From an uncultured cyanobacterium (GTDB lineage Bacteria > Cyanobacteriota > Cyanobacteriia > Cyanobacteriales > CAWUOF01), in NCBI GenBank assembly GCA_963744145.1, contig CAVUSO010000001.1:64001-128000 (forward strand): a stretch of DNA of 64,000 bases. Direction: 5' to 3'. Below the pieces are notes generated by a model. It did not search any database. It was not told the origin of the DNA and worked only from the letters and a program-made list of their open reading frames with translations. The position numbers and the translations under genes were made by a program. Positions 1 through 10,300 of this stretch are shown one piece after another. The first letter of the stretch is position 1; each line of letters starts with the position of its first letter.

Positions 1-328
1 TAGCGATCGGGAATTAATGAGGTTAATCATCTATTAAAAGTCGTTGTAGTAGTGGGGAGGGAGCGCGATCGGGTTGGAGAATTCAAGGATTAGGAGTGAG
101 TCTATCATTTAATCACAACATTTACAGCAGCAACTAAAAGATCACAAAATCTGTAATAGTCATTATTCTACCATCACAAAAGGAGAAATATCGGTGTAAA
201 AAGTCGCGATAATTTATACGCTCATTTGATGCTCATTTGATGGGTGTCAATAGGTTTTGGAGAAATATTGTATAAACCATATAAACCCTAGAACAACCTA
301 ATATCAATGTTTTCACGTCGCACCGTAT

Positions 329-404
329 AATTTTTCTACGCTCATCTATGAAATTTTCTACGCTCACCTATGAAATTTTCTACACTCACCTATGAAATTT
401 TCTA
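329..404. repeat. 3.5 tandem copies of a 22-bp unit (AAATTTTCTACGCTCACCTATG)
   Basis: Units at 329-350, 351-372 and 373-394 plus a partial unit at 395-404. A related copy (AATTTATACGCTCATTTGATG) lies at 211-231. Confidence 0.85.
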
Positions 405-731
405 TATTTTCTTTGCTGGTATTATAGAAAATATTCAAGGGTTTAGACATTTTCTATAATTGCTTTTGAGAAAGAAAAATTAAGCTGCTAATGATAGTAA
501 GTATTTCTGCTGGGTAGTTTTAGTGATTAATTTTAGTAAAAGTCAACTTTCCTGGGGGTGCGATCGCAGGTTAATTTTGTCCGGAGGATTGCAGAAAACC
601 TAATTGATAACCATAAGCAAAAAAATATACTACCTAGATCAAAAATCTCTAGGTAGTGATATTTAATATTAGTTAGATAGACTGATAACAGCCAGTTCCC
701 CTCAAGCAACCGAGCTGAACATATCGGAAAT

Positions 732-3479
732 TCAAAAGCCAAAGATTAGATCACCTATGGTATTAGTTGGTAATGATGGCAACAATGACGTTAGTGCTGA
801 TTGGTTAATGGTAAACTGGGTAGAATTGCCGTTTTTAGTGTACTCCACATTGGACATTAGTGCGATATCTTGCTCTTGAGTTAAAGTGATTTGGATATCA
901 TTGGGAGAAGGTTCCCTAGAAACAGATGCAGGAATACCGACCGAATTATTCAAAGAACCCACAAGCAGATAATTGCTAACCGTATGGTTTAAGCTATCCG
1001 AACTGTGATTTGACTGATCAAAACTGATCCCACTAATAGGTACACCATTAGTGCTACTAGCGATGAGAGTATCCTGATTATTACCATGGAGAATCCCAGA
1101 GATATAAGCGTGGGAATTACTCATACCTGTAAAAGCATCGAATTGCAAATAGGGATCGATCACATCAACGTTAATATCAGTGGGAGAAGAAGATGAGGGT
1201 GTTGATGGAGTTGGTAATGGGGATGGTAATGGGGATGGTAATGGGGATGGGGATGGAGATGGTAATGGGGATGGTAATGGGGATGGAGATGGGGATGGTA
1301 ATGGGGATGGAGATGGTAATGGGGATGGGGATGGAGATGGGGATGGTAATGGGGATGGAGATGGGGATGGTAATGGTAATGGGGATGGAGATGGAGATGG
1401 AGATGGAGATATGATATTATTAAACTCAAAAGCTCCAATATCAATTTTTCCGTCAGTACGTCCTAATCCTCTTTCATCCGTAGTTAGACCACTAACATTT
1501 TGACCAGCATTAATTGCAGGACTACCTGGTAATAATGCTTGAGTCAGAACACCACCACCATTATCTTGTAATGGACCAAGTAGCGGATCAGCAATTAAGA
1601 TAGAAGCGGTGGCATTATTGTCTGTTGGTGTACTAGAAGATGTTAATTTAGCTGGATATTGAATATTACCTCCACCATCAATTAATTCGTTGGTAGTTTC
1701 TTGTTTAATCTGCGAAGGATTACCAGCAGTATTATTATCGAAAATGGTATTTTCGACAGTCACGGGTTGATTATTATTGTTAGCGATCGCTCCTCCAATA
1801 TATCCAGCCTGATTATTGGAAATTGTCGTATTAGTTATATTCGTAGCATTATTACTCTGATTATTTAGAGCAATTGCACCACCGACTCCATTCCCACTAC
1901 CATCATCTGCTTTATTGCCATAAAAAGTAGAATTAGTAATATTTACGGGGGCATTTTCTCCGACTAATAATCCACCACCTTGAGTTAAAGCTGTGTTATT
2001 AGCAATCGTGCTATTTTGGATTGTTAGTTGCGCGTTTCCTTCTCTAATTCCTCCTCCAAGAGCATTTCCATTACTATCTTTAATTACATTATTATTAGTA
2101 ATGGTAGAACCTTGAACCGTAATTTGATCAGCACCATATCCAAATAGAAATGCTCCTCCTCCTTGTCCTCCTCCTTTATTACCATTGATCTGAGTATTAG
2201 TAATAACAATGCTACCTCCCGGTCCATTATTCGGACTGTTCAGACTTGCACCGTCAGTATAGATCGCACCCCCAAATCCTTGACCATAAGCAAGACCTTG
2301 GGTTGAATCGTTATTAGTAAATACAGAACCACTAATATTCAACCCACTTAAAACACTATTAATTGCTCCACCATTGTTACCTTTATTATTAGTAAATGTG
2401 CTATTTGTTATCGTAGTTTGACTACCAGACCAAATGGTAATTGCTCCAGCACCTCGTTCAGTATTTCCTGATGCTTGATTGCCAGTAAATGTACTGTTTG
2501 TAATGGTATTATTAGAGGAATTACCGCAAGTAATAGCACCACCTGATGTCCCCGTATTGTTAATAAATTGACAATTTTGGACAACTAATTTGCCACTACT
2601 TCCTGAATAAATTGCCCCACCATCATTACTATCGCCCTGGTTACTACTATTACCATTAGTAATAGTCATATTGCTAACCGTAAAATTGGTCAGGTCTTGC
2701 ACATTAAAAACGCGGTTAGCATTATTACCATTGAGCGTAACTAATCCACCTCCATCAATAGTAGTGTCATTAGCGATCGTGAGTTGATTACTCAGAGTAA
2801 TAGTAACAGGTGCTCCACCTGTATTAAAGGTAACTGTTCCACCACCTGCTAATGCAGCTCTTAATGCTGCTTCAGTGACACTCGATGCTGTACCATTACC
2901 GACGACACCACCAGCAATAGATTTATACTCTGCTCTAGCTGCTTGAGTAAATGCTAAGGGAGATGTAACTTGACCAATAGTAAATTCTAAATCCCAGTTA
3001 CCACCTTGGTCAGTGCTACCAGTTAAATTAGCAGAAGCAGCGATATTGGTCTGGGTTAATTCACTTAATTTTTGGACAAATGCTGCACCTACTCCTCTGG
3101 CAATTTCACAGCCATATAATAGGATATCGGCACCCTTAACTAGACATTTTTGCCACTGGGTGAAAGCATTGTGGTAAGTAGCTAAAGTATCCCAATTCAG
3201 TTGAGTATTTCCCAGATAGATACATCCAGGACTACCATGGGAAAAAATATGAATAGATGTTAATTTTCCCCACTTAGTAGCAAAGTTTGCCAATTCTTTA
3301 GTAATTTGCTCAATCCCATCTTGGTGACCATCAAGTACAATGACTTCAGTTTCTGGTAAAACTCCTGTAGTAAGAACCTGAATCTCATCGACAGCACCAT
3401 CAATAAAAACTAATCCTCTTGCTTGGGAATTTGGTTGAAAAGATTGAGAATTAGCGTGACTACTATAATAGTTGACCAT
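732..3479 (-). CDS. DUF4347-domain secreted/surface protein with polymorphic-membrane-protein-like beta-helix, choice-of-anchor-Q-like segment and Pro/Ser linker
   Basis: N-terminal LVFIDGAV...[10 protein letters not shown]...DILLYGC...GGNWDLE (DUF4347). Many GGAI/FxxN repeats. [11 protein letters not shown]...SPAINAG...DIGAFE motif. Confidence 0.85.
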   Translation of the reverse strand: MVNYYSSHANSQSFQPNSQARGLVFIDGAVDEIQVLTTGVLPETEVIVLDGHQDGIEQITKELANFATKWGKLTSIHIFSHGSPGCIYLGNTQLNWDTLATYHNAFTQWQKCLVKGADILLYGCEIARGVGAAFVQKLSELTQTNIAASANLTGSTDQGGNWDLEFTIGQVTSPLAFTQAARAEYKSIAGGVVGNGTASSVTEAALRAALAGGGTVTFNTGGAPVTITLSNQLTIANDTTIDGGGLVTLNGNNANRVFNVQDLTNFTVSNMTITNGNSSNQGDSNDGGAIYSGSSGKLVVQNCQFINNTGTSGGAITCGNSSNNTITNSTFTGNQASGNTERGAGAITIWSGSQTTITNSTFTNNKGNNGGAINSVLSGLNISGSVFTNNDSTQGLAYGQGFGGAIYTDGASLNSPNNGPGGSIVITNTQINGNKGGGQGGGAFLFGYGADQITVQGSTITNNNVIKDSNGNALGGGIREGNAQLTIQNSTIANNTALTQGGGLLVGENAPVNITNSTFYGNKADDGSGNGVGGAIALNNQSNNATNITNTTISNNQAGYIGGAIANNNNQPVTVENTIFDNNTAGNPSQIKQETTNELIDGGGNIQYPAKLTSSSTPTDNNATASILIADPLLGPLQDNGGGVLTQALLPGSPAINAGQNVSGLTTDERGLGRTDGKIDIGAFEFNNIISPSPSPSPSPLPLPSPSPSPLPSPSPSPSPLPSPSPLPSPSPSPLPSPLPSPSPSPLPSPLPSPLPTPSTPSSSSPTDINVDVIDPYLQFDAFTGMSNSHAYISGILHGNNQDTLIASSTNGVPISGISFDQSNHSSDSLNHTVSNYLLVGSLNNSVGIPASVSREPSPNDIQITLTQEQDIALMSNVEYTKNGNSTQFTINQSALTSLLPSLPTNTIGDLIFGF
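1213..1410 (-). repeat. Low-complexity 6/12-bp repeat encoding the (PS/PL)n linker
   Basis: GGGGATGGAGAT / GGTAAT repeats on the + strand. Confidence 0.9.
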
Positions 3480-3843
3480 GATCTAAAAACTCCTAAAGGT
3501 AATTTTAGATCCACCCCAATAATGCTTTCTTGACAAATAAAGATAGAGAGAATTGACAGACAAGTTTTAATTTGTATTCTCTATCTGCTCTGGAGATAAA
3601 TTCAGTAAAAAAATCCCAGTCAAAACAAAAATGAGAAGGGTTAACAGATAATGATCTGCACTGAATTTGTCTCAAGTTTTGTCTTTCTACTTCTTTTTAC
3701 AGGTAGAACGGATCTCATCCGGCAACTGATTAATGAGATAATAAATATTGTTATTTATTTTATAAATGAAATAAATTTATTCTACTTAAAGCCTTACTGT
3801 GCAAGACTTAGATGCACTGGCCGCTAAACAAATACACTGGGCA

Positions 3844-3932
3844 AATTGCGGAATAAAATTACAGCTCAGTTAAAACAATTAAGTGTAATTACGAGCAGAT
3901 AGTGAAATTACGGAAAGACCGTATAATTACGG
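3844..3932. promoter_or_regulatory. Repeated AATTACG motifs and CCGTA-N4-TACGG palindrome; candidate transcription-factor sites
   Basis: AATTACG at 3887, 3906 and 3925 (19-bp period). Palindrome at 3919-3932, in the region between divergent genes. Confidence 0.4.
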
Positions 3933-4150
3933 AAATATCAATCAGTGTAGTAACTAAATACTGAATCCGATCCAGAGTAGATCAGTAAAGCCGGGATGCA
4001 AGAACAGATAAAATCACAGTTGATCTAGTGTTGAGGCAATTTTTAATCCCACTAGCGTCATCAATCTGGTATAATTAGCCAAATCTAGTCTGCTTGCTGT
4101 AGACCCCGATTGCCCAAAGGATTACTCACGCTATAGTAAGGCTATTTTCT

Positions 4151-4483
4151 ATGCACGAGTTGGGAATTACCCATAATATAGTAGCGATCGCGGTTGAACA
4201 TAGTCGAGGAGCTAGGGTCAAACGAGTCTGTCTAGAAATTGGTAAACTGACCGCAATTCTGCCCGATTCGATTCGTTTCTGTTTTGATATCTGTTGTGAG
4301 GGAACTTTACTCGCAGGAGCTAAGTTAGAAATTATCGAAATTCCTGGATTAGCTCGTTGTCGTCATTGTCAAACGGAGATTCCCTTAGAAATACCCTATA
4401 GTATTTGTCCCGCTTGCGATCGGAGTGATTTAGAAATTTTGCAGGGCGAAGAGCTAAAAATTAAGGAACTGGAGATAGAATAA
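4151..4483 (+). CDS. hypA: Hydrogenase maturation nickel metallochaperone HypA
   Basis: MHE N-terminus, two CxxC zinc motifs, GEELKIKELE C-terminus. Confidence 0.95.
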   Translation: MHELGITHNIVAIAVEHSRGARVKRVCLEIGKLTAILPDSIRFCFDICCEGTLLAGAKLEIIEIPGLARCRHCQTEIPLEIPYSICPACDRSDLEILQGEELKIKELEIE

Positions 4484-4485
4484 TT

Positions 4486-5328
4486 ATGTGCGTAACTTGT
4501 GGCTGTTCAGATGATGCTCATCCTACTATCACTAACTCTCAAACTGGAGAAGTTAGCGAAGTTATGACTCACGAACATACTCATGTTCTCGCTGATGGGA
4601 CAGTGATTTCTCATACCCATCACCCTGAACATAGCGATCGCTCTCATCCCCCAGAACCAGCTCATGTCCACGCCCAAATCCACGGTACAACTATTACCTT
4701 AGAACAAAATATTTTAGCTAAAAATGACTTATTAGCTGCTCAAAATCGCGGTTGGTTTAAAGGACGCAATATTCTAGCACTTAATTTAGTTAGTTCCCCT
4801 GGATCAGGAAAAACTACTTTACTTACCAGGACAATTCAAGATTTACAAAACCAAACCACTATTAGTGTAATTGAAGGAGATCAAGCTACAACTAATGATG
4901 CCGATCGCATTAAAGCAACAGGTTGTCAAGTCATCCAAATTAATACAGGGACAGGTTGTCACCTCGATGCAGAAATGGTAGAAAGAGGATTACAAGCACT
5001 TAATCCTCCCCTCAATTCGATTGTGATGATTGAAAATGTCGGTAACTTAGTCTGTCCAGCTTTATTTGATTTAGGAGAAAGAGCGAAAGTAGTCATTCTC
5101 TCAGTAACCGAAGGAGAAGATAAACCGATTAAATATCCTCAGATGTTTCATGCTAGTCAGGTAATGATTATTAATAAGATTGATCTTTTACCTTATGTAC
5201 AGTTTGATGTTGAGCGTTGTATCGAATATGCACATAAAGTTAACCCTCGGTTACAAATATTTCAGGTATCAGCTACCAAGGGAACTGGGTTAAATAATTG
5301 GTATGATTGGTTATTAAATCCCCATTAA
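4486..5328 (+). CDS. hypB: Hydrogenase nickel incorporation GTPase HypB
   Basis: MCVTCGC, His-rich segment, SSPGSGKTT, GCHLDA, ENVGNLVCP, NKIDL. Confidence 0.97.
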   Translation: MCVTCGCSDDAHPTITNSQTGEVSEVMTHEHTHVLADGTVISHTHHPEHSDRSHPPEPAHVHAQIHGTTITLEQNILAKNDLLAAQNRGWFKGRNILALNLVSSPGSGKTTLLTRTIQDLQNQTTISVIEGDQATTNDADRIKATGCQVIQINTGTGCHLDAEMVERGLQALNPPLNSIVMIENVGNLVCPALFDLGERAKVVILSVTEGEDKPIKYPQMFHASQVMIINKIDLLPYVQFDVERCIEYAHKVNPRLQIFQVSATKGTGLNNWYDWLLNPH

Positions 5329-5384
5329 ATCGCAAATCTATAATTCATGTTCAAATTAATTAATCTCTCAAAGGATGGGTAAAA

Positions 5385-6149
5385 ATGAGCAAGTTAATGT
5401 TTGCATTACTAATAATATTGTCTATGAAGATATTCGGACTTGGTTTAATTAAGCAAGTTGCTCATCCTCTTACCATTGATGACAAGAATAACTATCTAAA
5501 TAGTAAGACAAATCGGAGTAATTATACAGCAGATGATAGAATAGTCGATAACATCATCAATAGTAATTATCAAATAGAATCCAGTACCTACACAGATCGG
5601 GGTATTAAAATAGATTATCCCAAAATAACTAATCTCAACAATGATGAGCTAGAACAAAAAATTAATCAGTTAATAAGTCAAGATGTGTTAAAAGTCTTAG
5701 ATCGGGTCTATGGTAATAACTTAGATGAGCTAGATTTATCATTAAAATATGAAGTTACTTATCAGGGGTCTGATATGATAAGTATAAAGTATTTAGGACT
5801 TGGTTATGTTAAAGGTGCTGCGCATCCTAATAATATCATTTATACCACAACTATAGATTTCAACAAACAAAAGGTATTAGCTTTAAATGAAATAATACCG
5901 ATCGATGATACTTTTGTAATAAAATTTAATAATGGTAAATTCCTCTCCGTTAATTCAGCAGCTTTAGAATATGCGATTAAGGATACTAAGCGGGACTTCA
6001 ATGCTGAACGTATTAAGGAATACTTTAGTAAAGATAGCGCAATTTATTATGTCACAGCAAATTCCCTAGTTGTCAGTAACTATGAACTTTCTCACGCGAT
6101 CGGAGATCATGTGGAAGTTGAGTTAGATTATCAAGTTGTAAATAAGTAA
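5385..6149 (+). CDS. Exported DUF4163/DUF3298 (PdaC/RsiV-like) protein
   Basis: Hydrophobic N-terminus; IDYPKI, GAAHPNN and HAIGD motifs. Confidence 0.7.
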   Translation: MSKLMFALLIILSMKIFGLGLIKQVAHPLTIDDKNNYLNSKTNRSNYTADDRIVDNIINSNYQIESSTYTDRGIKIDYPKITNLNNDELEQKINQLISQDVLKVLDRVYGNNLDELDLSLKYEVTYQGSDMISIKYLGLGYVKGAAHPNNIIYTTTIDFNKQKVLALNEIIPIDDTFVIKFNNGKFLSVNSAALEYAIKDTKRDFNAERIKEYFSKDSAIYYVTANSLVVSNYELSHAIGDHVEVELDYQVVNK

Positions 6150-6279
6150 TTGATCTCAGGAATTGGCGCATTTATTAATAGTGCGATCGCGAAAATTAAC
6201 TTGTAGAATCTCTTGATTTGTTTATGATAATTATAGCGATCGCTTGCTGGCTTTTATCCGACCGATGCTAAGGGCAATT

Positions 6280-6702
6280 TTAGTTAGCCTTGACGTAGAT
6301 CAAAGACCCATCAGGACTATCAATGATCAGTTCTTGATCGGTGATATTATAGGACGTAGCTGATTCTAATGCGCGGAAATATTTTTCCTCCTGCCCCAGA
6401 TCTAGGTTTGAGCAGAACATTTTTGTTGAGGATATACCTGAAAATTTGATTGAGTATATACTAAAACTAAAAGAGGCAAAGTATCGGTTGCAACCTGCGC
6501 TACCCGAAACTGTTGGATCGGAGGAAGTATCAAATTTAGCCGTAATTTGAGTAGATGGCAAAACTGGACTTCCTTCTAAGGATTTAAGCCGCCAACTACC
6601 TTGGAGTTCTGCTGCGTAACTGGGGCTAGTAAGTGCTAAAATCAAGCTACATACTGCGAGGGTCAAAATGATAGCCTTGCGAATAAATTTAAAACTTTTC
6701 AT
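6280..6702 (-). CDS. META-domain (HslJ-like) exported protein
   Basis: Signal peptide; WRL, VSGSAGCNRY and STKMFC motifs. Confidence 0.88.
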   Translation of the reverse strand: MKSFKFIRKAIILTLAVCSLILALTSPSYAAELQGSWRLKSLEGSPVLPSTQITAKFDTSSDPTVSGSAGCNRYFASFSFSIYSIKFSGISSTKMFCSNLDLGQEEKYFRALESATSYNITDQELIIDSPDGSLIYVKAN

Positions 6703-7310
6703 TGTTTGATTTTACCTTTACGGAGTGACCAGAGCGGCAAAAGTTATGCTCTGGAATAATTTGGGGGTTATATGACATAAAATTGGTAGGGGCAGTTTCA
6801 CCAATCAATTCTGTCACCAACAGATAACTATTATAAACCTGCCCTGGCCTAACAGATTAACCTCAGATTAAGTGCAATTTCATGTGATTGGTATTAAATT
6901 TACTAATATAATAGGTCTAGTAAAAGCTCTCGATCGATATCGGGAAGAGTGGTAAACCTATTATAGGAAGATAAAACTCGGGATTCTCCGATTTGAATAC
7001 TGGGCGATCGCGCTTGATTTCCTCTTGCCCATAATAATCCATAAATTACTGGAAAAATGAGATAATACTTGGTTTAAATTAATCAGATTTAGTAATAATT
7101 TATCAGTTTCTGAATTACTTCCTGGGCACAATATTCTGGCGTTAATCGCATTCATTACTGGATGATTAAGGCTAGTTGTGAGCGATCGCTATTCTAACTG
7201 CTAGTTTGGCCTGATGAGTTGGATAGTTACCACGGGATATTTTCCAAAAATTTATTGAGGGAGCAGCATTTATTGTAAAATTAATCTCTATAAATATTTT
7301 AAACATTCCT

Positions 7311-10300
7311 ATGAGTGATTCTCAAGTCCCAAAGACCCAATTTTATGACGCCTTTATTTCCTATGGTCGGGCCGATAGTAAGGCTTTTGCTGCCAAACTG
7401 AAAGAACGACTACAGAGTCAAAATCTTGAAGTTTGGTTGGATCTTGAGGAAATTCCCTTCGGGGTTGATTTTCAAAATCAAATAAATGATGGGATCACCA
7501 AAGCTGATAACTTTTTGTTTCTAATTTCGCCCCATTCCGTCAATTCTGCCTATTGTCGCAAAGAAATTGACCTAGCGATCGAATTAAACAAACGAATATA
7601 TCCCATCTGGCACGTTGCGGAAATTGATCAGGAAACGTGGCAAGAACGTAATCCTGGTAAATCTGAAGCTGAATGGCTGAGGTATAAGGAAACGGGACAA
7701 CATTCTACTGTTCCCGGTAAAAATCCCAATATGCACCCTAAAATCGGCGAAATTAATTGGCTCCCTGGTGAAAAAGATAAACAAAGAGATGGTGAAAAAA
7801 GGGATGATTTTGAGGAGAGATTGTTCACATTATTAGATACCGAATTAATAAATATAGTGCGTCGCCATCAAGACTATGTGCGACAACATACAGTTTTGTT
7901 GAATCAAGCTCTTTACTGGAAAGATCAGCAGAAACAAACTCGTTATTTATTAATTGGAGAAGAACGGCAAAAAGCCGAAAAATGGTTAAAAGAGAGAAAA
8001 GAGAGGTTTAAGGAAAAAAAACTAGCGCCCGGCGAACCTACATTGCTGCATTGTGAGTTTATTTGCGAGAGTATCAAGAATGCGAATAACTTGATGACTC
8101 AGGTGTTTCTCTCCTATGCGGAAGTTGATATTTCTACAATGCTTCAAGTTAGAGAGATCCTGTTACGAGAAAGTATTACAGTTTGGACAAATCAGACAGA
8201 TATTCAAACTGGAGAAGTATTTGAGGAGGCAATAGAGCGGGGAATTGAACAAGCGGATAACATTGTCTATTTGATTTCGATCGACGCACTAACATCTTAT
8301 TACTGTCAGAAAGAAATTGACTATGCTCTCTCGTTGAATAAAAGGATTATTCCTTTGTTAATTAAACCAACAGATTTAGAACAAATTCCATCAGTAATTA
8401 GAGGATTACAATTTATTGACTTTACTGATAATCAGACCGAGGCAGATTTACGTCAAGACTTGGATGATTTGCTTAACGTTTTACGAGAAGAGGAGAGTTA
8501 TTACGAAGAACATAAAATGCTGTTAAGCAAGGCGTTGAAATGGGAAGAACAGAAACGCAACCCGAGTATTTTATTACGGGGTTACAATTTGCGCCATGCA
8601 GAAACTTGGTTGAAGGGAGCGGAACGGAAAACTCAACATCAGCCAACAACCTTACAGAAAGAGTTTATTAATGAAAGTTTGCGCCAACCACCTGCCGCAT
8701 CTCTAGACCTATTTATTTCCTATTCAAGATCAGATTCCGATCTAGCCCGTGCATTAAATGATGAGTTGCAGATCCGAGGGAAGACAACTTGGTTTGACCA
8801 AGAGAGTATCGCTTCAGGAGCAGATTTTCAGAAAGAGATTTATGCGGGAATTGAGAGTGCTGATAATTTTCTATTTATTTTGTCCCCGCGTTCTATTAAT
8901 TCGACCTACTGTGCTGATGAGGTGGAATATGCAGCTAAACTTAACAAACGATTTATTACGATCTTACATCAAGATGTGAATACTATTGAATTACATCCAG
9001 AGTTAGCTAAGGTGCAGTGGATTGATTTTCGGCAAAAAGAAGGGGAATTTTCTGCTAATGTTAATCAATTATTAAGAACCTTAGACACTGACCGAGAATA
9101 TATTCAAAATCATACTAAATGGCTACGTCGGGCGATCGAATGGGAAAACCAAGGTAAGAATAATGATTTGCTGCTCAGAGGTAGTGAGTTGGCGATCGCA
9201 GATGACTGGTTGAAGCAAGCAAATCAAGGCAAAAAGCAACCCCAAGTCACGGAATTGCAAACCAACTTTATTGAATCTAGTCGCAATGCGATCGAAGCGA
9301 TCGCTAAACAGGAAAAACAGCAACAGGCTAAAGCTCAGGCACAATATGCTTTATCTCTATTACATCCAAGGGAAGACAAATTGGATGCTTTAATTACCGC
9401 CATTAAGGCTGCCAAGATTATTCAAAAAGAAAATATATCTGAAATAGCGGTGACAGCAGCTTTGGCAAACTCAGTTTTTGATGTTAAGGAACACAACCGT
9501 TTGGTAAACCATCGTGATGGGGTCTTGAGCGTAAGTTTCAGCCCTGATCGTCAAACCTTGGTCTCCAGTAGTTTTGACAAGACGATTAAACTATGGGATG
9601 TCAAGACAGGGCAGGCACTTCGCACTTTTTCTGGCCATAGTAATGCGGTCCATAGCGTAGGTTTCAGCCCCGATGGTCAAACCTTGGCCTCCGGTAGTGC
9701 AGACAAGACGATCAAACTATGGGATGTCAAAACAGGGCAGGCACTTCTCACTCTTTCTGGTCATAGTGATTGTGTCTATAGCGTAGGTTTCAGCCCCGAT
9801 GGTCAAACTTTGGCCTCCGGTAGTGCAGACAAGACGATCAAACTATGGGATGTCAAGACAGGACAGGAACTTCGCACTCTCTCTGGCCATAGTAATTCGG
9901 TCTTTAGCGTAAGTTTCAGTCCCGATGGTCAAACCTTGGCCTCCGGTAGTAGAGACAAGACGATCAAACTATGGGATGTTAAGACAGTTCAGACACTTCG
10001 CCCTCTGATGTTGCTGATTCAAAATATGAATCGATGGCTAAAACCCTCAATGGCTACAAAATTAGGCCAAATCATCCGATCATTCAGCAACACCCGCACT
10101 CTCTCTGGCCATAGTAATTCGGTCTTTAGCGTAAGTTTCAGTCCCGATGGTCATACCTTGGCCTCCGGTAGTGCAGACAAGACGATCAAACTATGGGAGG
10201 TAAAGACAGGTCAGGCACTTCACACTCTCTCTGGTCATAGTGAACAGGTCTTGAGCGTAAGTTTCAGCCCCGATGGTCAAACCTTGGTCTCTGGTAGTTG

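Noticed and set aside
329-404. CRISPR array
   Set aside because: The units are contiguous with no unique spacers, and there are no cas genes in the window.
1160-1503. His/Pro-, Gly/Asp- and Met/Gly-rich ORFs
   Set aside because: These are alternative-frame readings of the Pro/Ser linker repeat of the DUF4347 gene.
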